From positions 144,338-208,337 of the forward strand of contig CAVPFK010000024.1 in NCBI GenBank assembly GCA_963703705.1: a stretch of 64,000 nucleotides of DNA. The letters run 5' to 3'. The notes under the pieces were generated by a model. It searched no databases. It saw nothing but the letters and a program-made list of their open reading frames with translations, and had not been told where the DNA came from. Of the stretch, positions 16,470-23,927 are shown piece by piece (the first letter of the stretch is position 1; each line of letters opens with the position of its first letter). Both the position numbers and the translations under genes were made by a program. This stretch comes from an uncultured Acidobacteriota bacterium. Its GTDB lineage: Bacteria > Acidobacteriota > Terriglobia > Acidiferrales > UBA7541.

Positions 16470-16742
16470 TTACTCTGCGGTCGTAGGATCGATGAGCCTG
16501 CGGACGGCGGAGACGCGATTGGCCGGAATGCCTGTGCGCTTGGCATGTTCGCGGACGCTGGCTTCATCAGGAGCAAGGTAAACGCAGTACACCTTGTCGC
16601 CGGTTACGTAGCTATGCAGCCATTGGATCTCGGGACCCATGCTCTTTAGAACGCCGACGGACTTCTGTGAGATTTCGCGCAATTGCGCGTCGGTTAAATT
16701 TCCGGCTCCCGGGATTTCGCGTTCGATTACGAATTTTGGCAT
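16470..16742 (-). CDS. DUF4242-like small protein
   Basis: 90 aa: MPKFVIEREIPGAGNLTDAQLREISQKS...WLHSYVTGDKVYCVYLAPDEASVREHAKRTGIPANRV. It resembles the DUF4242 family from memory. Confidence 0.65.
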   Translation of the reverse strand: MPKFVIEREIPGAGNLTDAQLREISQKSVGVLKSMGPEIQWLHSYVTGDKVYCVYLAPDEASVREHAKRTGIPANRVSAVRRLIDPTTAE

Positions 16743-16800
16743 GGAACTCCCTGTTGTGCGCGCTTATGCTAGCACGCACCTAGACGGGCTTCAAGACGGC

Positions 16801-18227
16801 GAATCGCGCCATCTAGAATGTAACCGAAGGGTGTAACGTCGCGCCATTTAGAATGTAACCCAACGAAAAAGGATTTGAGGAGGTCAGGTTGGGGAACAAG
16901 GGGCGATGGGAGTATCTGCGTGCGATCTACGAGCGGTACCAGAAGGCGGGACGAAAGGACAAGAAAGCGATCTTGAACGAGTTCTGCGCCAACGCTGGGT
17001 ATAACCGGAAGTATGCGATTCGGCTATTGAACCGAGCGCGGCCCGAGAAGCGGCCAAAACCGCCGCGGAGGCGTGGGACCAGTTACGGTCGGGAAACTCT
17101 GGAGGTGCTGACCAAGGTGTGGGAGGCGGCAGGCTATCCGTGGTCGGCGCGACTGAAGGCGCTACTACCCGGATGGATGCCCTGGATTCGCAAACGCTTT
17201 GGTCTGCGGCCGAAAGTCGAGAAGGAGTTGCTGAAGATCAGTGCGCGACAGATGAATCGGCGGCTGAAAGCGGCCAAGACACACCGGCGGCGACGGATTT
17301 ACGGGCGTACCAAGCCGGGCTATCTGCTCAAGCACCACATTCCGGTGAAGACCGATCGTTGGGATGTGCAGAGTCCCGGTTTCACGGAAGTCGATCTGGT
17401 ATCCCATTCTGGTAATTCGGCCAGTGGAGAGTTCGGGCACACGCTCAACGTTACCGACATTCATACGACCTGGACCGAGTCCGGGGCGGTGCTGGGACGC
17501 GGCGAACAGGCCGTACAGCGGACTTTAAACGAGATCGCTGGAGAGTTGCCTTTCCGCCTGCTGGGAGTGGATTCGGACAACGGTTCGGAGTTCATCAACT
17601 GGCACCTGAAGCGCTGGTGCGAGCAGAAGGAGATTCAACTCACGCGGGGGCGAGCTTACAAGAAGGACGACAACGCGCACATCGAGCAGAAGAACTGGAC
17701 ACATGTACGGAAGCTGCTGGGCTGGGAACGCTATGATACACACGAGGCGATCGCAGCCATTCATGATCTCTACCGGAACGAGTTACGGCTGTGGCTGAAC
17801 CTGTTTCTTCCTTCGGTGAAGCTGCTCAAGAAGGTACGTGTGGGCTCGAAAGTACGGCGAGTTTATGACGGGCCACGAACGCCGTTCGAACGGGTACGGG
17901 CTTGTCCCCAGGCCGACCGGGAACAGGTGGCTCAGCTCGAGGAGCGCAGAAAGCGTCTGGATCCGTTTCAGCTGGCAGGGACGATCGAACGGAAATTGGT
18001 GCGGATTTATCGACTGGCCAATCGGCGCCTGAGCCCGAAAGAGGTGCAGGAAACCGCATCGAGTCGGCGGGGAAAAGGCTGTGGAAAAGACGCTCGCTCC
18101 GCGAGCTTGGAAATCCAAAAGCGATTTCCACTTTCCCACAGCCACGGCGACGAGGGCGGTTCTCCGGTTACATTTCAAATGTCTCGACGATCATCGCTAG
18201 GGTTACATTCTTAAATGGCTCGACAGG
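16801..18227 (+). mobile_element. Insertion sequence with one DDE (rve-type) transposase ORF, duplicated subterminal repeats and a candidate 6-bp target-site duplication
   Basis: The left end has GCCATCTAGAATGTAACC (16808-16825) and GCCATTTAGAATGTAACC (16843-16860). The right end has the inverted copies GGTTACATTTCAAATG (18166-18181) and GGTTACATTCTTAAATGGC (18201-18219). GACGGC occurs at 16795-16800 and again at 18228-18233. Confidence 0.7.
16889..18214 (+). CDS. DDE transposase (integrase-core/rve domain); IS family not assignable by eye
   Basis: 441 aa. TTG start with GGAGG about 8 nt upstream. Candidate catalytic residues lie in FTEVDLVSH, LLGVDSDNGSEFIN and DNAHIEQKNWTHVR. The N-terminus is basic and HTH-like. 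Confidence 0.85.
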   Translation: MGNKGRWEYLRAIYERYQKAGRKDKKAILNEFCANAGYNRKYAIRLLNRARPEKRPKPPRRRGTSYGRETLEVLTKVWEAAGYPWSARLKALLPGWMPWIRKRFGLRPKVEKELLKISARQMNRRLKAAKTHRRRRIYGRTKPGYLLKHHIPVKTDRWDVQSPGFTEVDLVSHSGNSASGEFGHTLNVTDIHTTWTESGAVLGRGEQAVQRTLNEIAGELPFRLLGVDSDNGSEFINWHLKRWCEQKEIQLTRGRAYKKDDNAHIEQKNWTHVRKLLGWERYDTHEAIAAIHDLYRNELRLWLNLFLPSVKLLKKVRVGSKVRRVYDGPRTPFERVRACPQADREQVAQLEERRKRLDPFQLAGTIERKLVRIYRLANRRLSPKEVQETASSRRGKGCGKDARSASLEIQKRFPLSHSHGDEGGSPVTFQMSRRSSLGLHS

Positions 18228-18294
18228 GACGGCTTGGCCGAAGTTGCCTTACGTCCGGTTACAGATAACAGCAATAAAGACAAATGAGGTTGCC

Positions 18295-18801
18295 ATGGAC
18301 CTTCGATCCCTTCAGAAGCCGCTGAAAGAACAATATCGCGGCGACCCGAGCGCCTCGCGAATCACCATCCGGGCGAAAGGCTCGCAGACGGATGCTCCGG
18401 TGTCGTGTTCGGTCGATCTCGGCCGCGCGATCTACCGCGCCGAGGCGCACCAGGGGGTGGGAGGCGCTGGTGCGGGGGCCTGCTCCGGCGATCTTTTGCT
18501 GGGCGCTCTGGCGGCTTGCGCGCAGATCACTTGCCAGATGGTGGCTGCTGCGATGAGCATACCAACCGAACGCATCGAGGTGACGGTGGAGGGAGACTTA
18601 GACCTGCGCGGGACCCTGGGCATATCGAAAGATGTGGCGGTCGGATTTGAGAGCATTCGTCTTCGCTTTGTCGTTATCGCGCCTAAAGCAACCCCGGAAC
18701 AAATGGCCGGGTTGCGAGAAAAGACAGAACAGTATTGCGTGGTGATGCAAACCTTGCAGCTTCCTCCTAAGCTGCAAACCGAATGGGCTCGTCCCGATTG
18801 A
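18295..18801 (+). CDS. OsmC/Ohr-family peroxiredoxin-like protein
   Basis: Start MDLRSLQKPL at ATG 18295, with GAGG upstream. Two conserved Cys contexts are present: GACSGDLLLGALAACAQIT and TEQYCVVMQTL. The ORF track merges this gene into a longer frame starting at 17902. Confidence 0.8.
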   Translation: MDLRSLQKPLKEQYRGDPSASRITIRAKGSQTDAPVSCSVDLGRAIYRAEAHQGVGGAGAGACSGDLLLGALAACAQITCQMVAAAMSIPTERIEVTVEGDLDLRGTLGISKDVAVGFESIRLRFVVIAPKATPEQMAGLREKTEQYCVVMQTLQLPPKLQTEWARPD

Positions 18802-19154
18802 CCCGCCGATATCTTGTCGCGCTGGTTATAACGATGCAGTGAGAGGCTAAGGAAGCTGCGAAAAGGTTTCGCGGGCGCGTTCGAAACCACGCGGGTAGCC
18901 ACGGTGCCTTGAAACGGACGATCGATGTTGGCTTGGCGACCAGGACGAGCGAGAGCAAGAGCGCTAGCGACACGACCTGAATGCAATGATGTCGTCATGA
19001 CCGCGGCGCAGGTTTGACGGCCAGAGGCGTTCAGAATCGACAGAAATAGCAGCGACCCTGCCAAGCACGACAAAATCACCATTACATCTTCGGATGTGGT
19101 CAGCGCGGTTGCACCCTCCGGGTTGTTAGCGCACGGCGGCGCCGCGCGTCACAA

Positions 19155-19919
19155 TCAGTGCGCCCAGATTTTGGCAGGATCTTGCTCGTAGGGATAGACG
19201 TGAACCATCCAATTGAAGATTATCGGAAACCAGCGCCCGCCGGCGGCTTCGCAAGCGTCCTCGGTGTCGATGGATCCGCGCAGGCCGAACTCCTTCCAAT
19301 TCGCTTGCTTTATTCCGGCGGCGCCCTTCGGCGGCCAACAAAGATTCACATGCTCGTGCCAGCGCGCGATACTCAGCGGGACGCGCTGGTTTAATTGCTC
19401 CTCGTCAAATTTCTTCGGCGCAGTGTACATGACGCCCTCGAGTTCATATCCGTCTCCCACTTTCTTATAGAGCAATGAGGTGGGATGCGCGGGATTGAAA
19501 ACGAACTGGGCCTCCATCGCGTAGCGATAATTTGTGAAGTGATAATGCTCCTGCGGAACGCCCGGCCCGAAGATTTTGAAGCCATCGTCGAGCGCCTTGT
19601 GGTAGTCCTTGTACGGTTCAATGGCAGGCCGGAGTTTTTCCAAGATTTGCTGCGCGCGCTGTTCGTCACCGGGGGAAGGTTTCCGCAGCCCGGTCATGTG
19701 CATGTGCGGACCCATGTCCATATGCGTGTCGGACATCTGCTCGTTTGCCGTCGCAGCCGCTTGCGGAACAGCCTTGGTGTCGTGCTGCATTTCGCCCATG
19801 TCCATTCCAGGCATATCCGAGTTCGGCGGCGGATTCTGGTTCTGCTGCGCGCGGAGTCGCGGGAAAAATGGGATCGCAAAAACCGCCAGCAGCAGAATCA
19901 GCCAGCCATGCTTTTTCAT
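19155..19919 (-). CDS. Secreted hypothetical protein with Met/His-rich N-terminal segment
   Basis: 254 aa with a signal peptide (WLILLLAVFAIPFFPRLRAQQ). The Met/His-rich stretch reads MPGMDMGEMQHD...MSDTHMDMGPHMHMTG. An unrecognised globular domain of about 170 aa follows. Confidence 0.65.
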   Translation of the reverse strand: MKKHGWLILLLAVFAIPFFPRLRAQQNQNPPPNSDMPGMDMGEMQHDTKAVPQAAATANEQMSDTHMDMGPHMHMTGLRKPSPGDEQRAQQILEKLRPAIEPYKDYHKALDDGFKIFGPGVPQEHYHFTNYRYAMEAQFVFNPAHPTSLLYKKVGDGYELEGVMYTAPKKFDEEQLNQRVPLSIARWHEHVNLCWPPKGAAGIKQANWKEFGLRGSIDTEDACEAAGGRWFPIIFNWMVHVYPYEQDPAKIWAH

Positions 19920-20105
19920 TTCTCGCTCTCCTTATCGTTCACAGGTCTATCTTCAAACCCTGTGATTATTCTTTCCAGCAAAATCTTCTCTCTTGTGCTT
20001 CAACCCGAATGCGCGCCTTTTGACGCTGGAAACTTTTGGCGCAGCTTCGGGTTAAAATGGTGGGGTTGGTATGGTTGCGTCCATGCTTCGAAAGAGGAGT
20101 TGGTT

Positions 20106-22730
20106 ATGTTTCAGGGACGGGTGCATAAGAAGCGAAGAATGCTCTTAAGGTCGGGACCTATCCTAGTGACCCTGGTTTTAGGCCTTTGTTCGGTCGGTTA
20201 TCCGAGCACTGGCGCTTCCACATCTTCCGCCTCTTCACAAGCGTCGCGAGGTTGGGGCGGCACGCTTCAGGTTGATGAAACTCCTGCTGGAATCGTTCCT
20301 TCCGCGCAGTACACCGTGCGGCTCAGTCAAGGCGATTCATACATTCGTTCGTTCGTTTACCAAGTACAGAATCCAGGGTTTTTGCCCAATGGAGAACCCA
20401 GCGGCATCAGCAGCTCCTCGACGCTGGAGCATGCAACATCGTGGACATCGTTTTCGTTTGTAGGCTCGATTACGGTTCAAGTGACCAACACCAATCCGTT
20501 TAGGTCAGCTCGCATTCTTCCTAGCCATGCGCAAATCATCCCCACAGTCAACGGCAACACGGTTTCGTTCACTCTGAATCAACCCGGCCAATTCGCTGTC
20601 GATTTTTGCCCTACCGGTGCGACTTGCAGCGAGGCCAACGATACGGATCTGACAAATCCAATGTTGGTGTTTGCCAATCCGATGGAAACCGAAATTCCAA
20701 ATCCGTTGGCTGCCAATGTTTTGCGAGTCACGCCAGGTTTGTCCGTCCCATCAGGCGACGCCATTCCGGAACTCAGCGGCTTCCAAGACACCCTGTATTT
20801 TGGGCCGGGAATCTATGATCTGGGACTCACGCCGTTGTCTATTGATTCTGATCACACCGTCTATTTGGCAGCGGGTGCTTATGTGAAAGGCTTTCTGGCC
20901 TTCAGAACCAAAGCGCGTAATGCGACGATTCGGGGAAGAGGAATTCTGTCAGGAGAAGATCTGCCGAAAGCGCAGTGCATTGGAACCACGGCAGGTTGCC
21001 CCGACATGGTCGGTACCAAGGGAAATGTACAAGACCTGATGGTTGAAGGGCTCACCTTCATCCAATCGCCTTTTTACAATGTGTCCATCAATGGCGGGAG
21101 CGGCAACACGGTGGACAACGTGAAAGTGATCGCATGGCTGGGCAATTCCGACGGCATTCAAGCAAGCTATGGAGCGCAAGACACGGGCAGCGTGATTGAA
21201 AATAGCTTTGTCAAGAATGGCGACGATTCGATCAAAATCACGGCAAGCAATCTCTTGGTGCAAAACTGCGTGGTCTGGAAATTGAACAACGCTGCCGCTT
21301 TTGAAATAGGCGCGGGTATCGGTACCGATGTGACCAATGTTACGGTACGGAATTCGGACGTGATACGCGGCGAATATAATTGGCCGAATACTTCGGATGC
21401 GGTGATCTCCGCAAATCAAGGGGGCTCTGGAAATCTGAGTCATTATACTTTTGACGATATTCGCGTGGAGAATGAAAACTGGCAGCTCTTCAAAATTGAA
21501 GTTGTTCCAAGCAACTTTCAGCGCGCCAACACGCAACTTGGATCCATCAGCGGCCTGAATTTTACGAATATTCAAGCCAAGGACGTGCAGGAGTTCCCTC
21601 CGGTCTTCCGGGGGTTTGATCTCGCCCATCAAGTTTCGAATGTGAATTTCGAAAACGTGGTGATCGGGGGCGTGACGACGCCAAGCCCCGCCGTCACTCT
21701 GGACGCTAACCGCAATATGAGTTATGCCGGGAACACGGTGGGCGATCTCCTGTTCAGAAGCCAGAGCGATCCTACACAATTTGAAATTCCTGTGTTCAGC
21801 TTGCCCACGGCTACGACCCCGCTTCAATACTCGCCTTTTTCCATTTCTCAACCGAACCTCCCGGCTGCGGTTGAAGTGGAAGGCAGCGGGGACTTCTTCG
21901 GGGATGGGTACTCTAGCGCGGTGGTCACAAACACGGCCAGCGGAGAAGTGGGCCTATGGAAGGAGCCTTACCGTAACAGTGCTAACCCGTGGAGTGCGCA
22001 GTTCAGCCAAGTCTACAAACTGCTTAGCGCTGACGGCGCGGTGGCGGGCACTGGAGATTTTAACGGCGACGGATACTCGGATATCCTGCTTTGGAATGGC
22101 AGCACGCAAACGGGGAAAGTTTTATTAATGAACGGCGATCGAGTTATCAGGCAGCAAATCTTTCAGCCCGCGACAGTCTCGATCTGGTCCGTGGCCGCCG
22201 TGGCCGATTTCAATGGAGACGGATTCTCTGACGTCTTGCTCAGGGATACGGAAGGTAATCTGGAAATTGTTTATTTTTATTCTTCTGCTCCGCCGACCAC
22301 GGCTGATTTCAAAGTTACGAGCCTGGGTTATTCAGCGACCTCTTATTACCAGGCTACTTACGGGAAAACGTCAGGCCGTTTCGATACTTCGTGGAGTATC
22401 GCTTCCACCGGGATTTTTCAAACTCTGGGAACAGCGTATGCAAGCATCCTTTGGGTGAACCATTCCGCAGGACAATTGGGAATCACCCGCTTCACGCCTT
22501 TTCTGAATACACCCTCGTTCGGGCAGGTCTTTGCAATTTTGCCTGCCGATACAGAGATTCAGGCGGTCGCTGACTTTAACGGGGATGGGGGAAAAGATCT
22601 TCTATTGTGGAACGCAGGCGCCTCGGAAAATATTATTTGGTATTTGAATTCTTTCGGCGGAGTAGATTATCAAGTGGGTCCCACGTTACAACCGAGCCTC
22701 ACCCCAGGTTGGCAAGTGATCGCCAATTAA
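20106..22730 (+). CDS. Secreted right-handed beta-helix glycosidase-like protein (GH49/GH28-like) with C-terminal FG-GAP/VCBS repeats
   Basis: ATG at 20106 has AGGAG upstream, and a signal-like segment follows (LLRSGPILVTLVLGLCSVG). Beta-helix rungs read NSDGIQASYG...NGDDSIKITASN...CVVWKLNNAAAFEIG. The C-terminus has repeats GDFNGDGYSDILLWN, ADFNGDGFSDVLLRD and ADFNGDGGKDLLLWN. The upstream part of ORF 19485..22730 overlaps the opposite-strand gene and is rejected. Confidence 0.7.
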   Translation: MFQGRVHKKRRMLLRSGPILVTLVLGLCSVGYPSTGASTSSASSQASRGWGGTLQVDETPAGIVPSAQYTVRLSQGDSYIRSFVYQVQNPGFLPNGEPSGISSSSTLEHATSWTSFSFVGSITVQVTNTNPFRSARILPSHAQIIPTVNGNTVSFTLNQPGQFAVDFCPTGATCSEANDTDLTNPMLVFANPMETEIPNPLAANVLRVTPGLSVPSGDAIPELSGFQDTLYFGPGIYDLGLTPLSIDSDHTVYLAAGAYVKGFLAFRTKARNATIRGRGILSGEDLPKAQCIGTTAGCPDMVGTKGNVQDLMVEGLTFIQSPFYNVSINGGSGNTVDNVKVIAWLGNSDGIQASYGAQDTGSVIENSFVKNGDDSIKITASNLLVQNCVVWKLNNAAAFEIGAGIGTDVTNVTVRNSDVIRGEYNWPNTSDAVISANQGGSGNLSHYTFDDIRVENENWQLFKIEVVPSNFQRANTQLGSISGLNFTNIQAKDVQEFPPVFRGFDLAHQVSNVNFENVVIGGVTTPSPAVTLDANRNMSYAGNTVGDLLFRSQSDPTQFEIPVFSLPTATTPLQYSPFSISQPNLPAAVEVEGSGDFFGDGYSSAVVTNTASGEVGLWKEPYRNSANPWSAQFSQVYKLLSADGAVAGTGDFNGDGYSDILLWNGSTQTGKVLLMNGDRVIRQQIFQPATVSIWSVAAVADFNGDGFSDVLLRDTEGNLEIVYFYSSAPPTTADFKVTSLGYSATSYYQATYGKTSGRFDTSWSIASTGIFQTLGTAYASILWVNHSAGQLGITRFTPFLNTPSFGQVFAILPADTEIQAVADFNGDGGKDLLLWNAGASENIIWYLNSFGGVDYQVGPTLQPSLTPGWQVIAN

Positions 22731-22805
22731 AATCTTCCCGACTTGCCGCGCCGATCCTCTCTTTGCCGGCGTGTTCCGGCTACAAGACCGACCAGTTGTT
22801 TCCCT

Positions 22806-23822
22806 CTACACGAGCTCGAATTTCAATTCGCCCAGCTTTTCCAAGCTGCAGGCGACCTTATCGCCGGGCTTGAGCCACACTTGCTGGTCCTTGGGCTTGC
22901 CCTGAATCACGCCCTGGGGAGTGCCGGTGAAAATAATGTCGCCGGGTTTCAACGTGATGACGCGGGAAATGTAGGCAATCATCTTCCGCGTATTGAAGAT
23001 GAAATCGCTCGTGTTGGACGACTGGCGCGTCTCGCCGTTTACGCGGCACTCGAGCTTGAGGCTGTCGGGATCGATCTGGTCGGCGGTCACCATGTACGGT
23101 CCGATGGGTGCGAACTGGTCCGGAGTTTTGCCGACCATCCATTGCCCGCCGGTATCGAGCTGCAGATCGCGAGCAGTGAAATCGTTGCCAGTGGCATAAC
23201 CCGCGACGTAGGAAAGCGCGTCGGCTTCGGTTACGCCTTTGGCTTCGCGTCCGATCAGCATTACCAGCTCAACTTCATAGTCGAATTTCGTCGCGTAATC
23301 TACGGGGAGTTTTATCGTGCCGTTGTGATGGTTCAGCGTAGTGTTGAACTTGTTGAAAAGCACGGGTTGCTTCGGAATGGGCGCGCCAATTTCCATGGCA
23401 TGCTGGCGATAGTTCAGTCCCACGCAGACAATTTTTTCGGGATGCGTTACCACCGGGCCGTACTCGATCGAATCTTCCTTGAGGAATGTTTTTTGCGCCG
23501 CTTTGGATTTAGCGGCCGCGTCCACAAGCGCATTCAGGCTTGGGCCATCTTGGTTCTGAAGCAAATCATCAACTGTCGCCGGCGCATGCATGCGCAGAAT
23601 CTTTGAGGCTTCGACTACATCGAGCACCCCTGTTTCGTTCTTCACGCCCAAGCGGTAGCCGGTGCCGGTGCGAATGTTGAGCAAAGTAAGTCCGTGCGCC
23701 ATGCCGCGCGTCTCCGCAGCGGCAGGTTTCGCTCCTGTAAGATTTTCCGGTAGACGGCCCGCCGCCGCCAAGACGCAGACCGCGCCTGTGCCCTTCATGA
23801 AATCCCTGCGATTCTGGCTCAT
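22806..23822 (-). CDS. Fumarylacetoacetate hydrolase (FAH)-family protein with twin-arginine signal peptide
   Basis: The N-terminus MSQNRRDFMKGTGAVCVLAAAG is Tat-like. The FAH core reads KIVCVGLNYRQHAMEIG...FDYEVELVMLIGREAKG...GYATGNDFTARDLQ...PGDIIFTGTPQGV. Confidence 0.85.
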   Translation of the reverse strand: MSQNRRDFMKGTGAVCVLAAAGRLPENLTGAKPAAAETRGMAHGLTLLNIRTGTGYRLGVKNETGVLDVVEASKILRMHAPATVDDLLQNQDGPSLNALVDAAAKSKAAQKTFLKEDSIEYGPVVTHPEKIVCVGLNYRQHAMEIGAPIPKQPVLFNKFNTTLNHHNGTIKLPVDYATKFDYEVELVMLIGREAKGVTEADALSYVAGYATGNDFTARDLQLDTGGQWMVGKTPDQFAPIGPYMVTADQIDPDSLKLECRVNGETRQSSNTSDFIFNTRKMIAYISRVITLKPGDIIFTGTPQGVIQGKPKDQQVWLKPGDKVACSLEKLGELKFELV

Positions 23823-23927
23823 GGGAGGATCTCCTTCAACTTCTTGAGTTTCTCCGCGCCCGGAGAATTAACGAGGCGGGATTATAAACCAATTTGATTG
23901 TTTTTGGACGGGACGACCCATCGAAAG

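Noticed and set aside
18432-19082. A 216-aa minus-strand ORF with a hydrophobic N-terminus in the gap after the OsmC-like gene.
   Set aside because: Two thirds of it is antisense to the OsmC-family gene. The non-overlapping part (18802-19082) has no RBS or recognisable motif, and an alternative frame looks equally plausible. The 350-bp gap is left unannotated.
19485-20105. A 207-codon N-terminal extension of ORF 19485..22730.
   Set aside because: It overlaps the well-supported minus-strand gene 19155..19919 and has an odd composition. An internal ATG at 20106 has a good AGGAG and is followed by a signal peptide.
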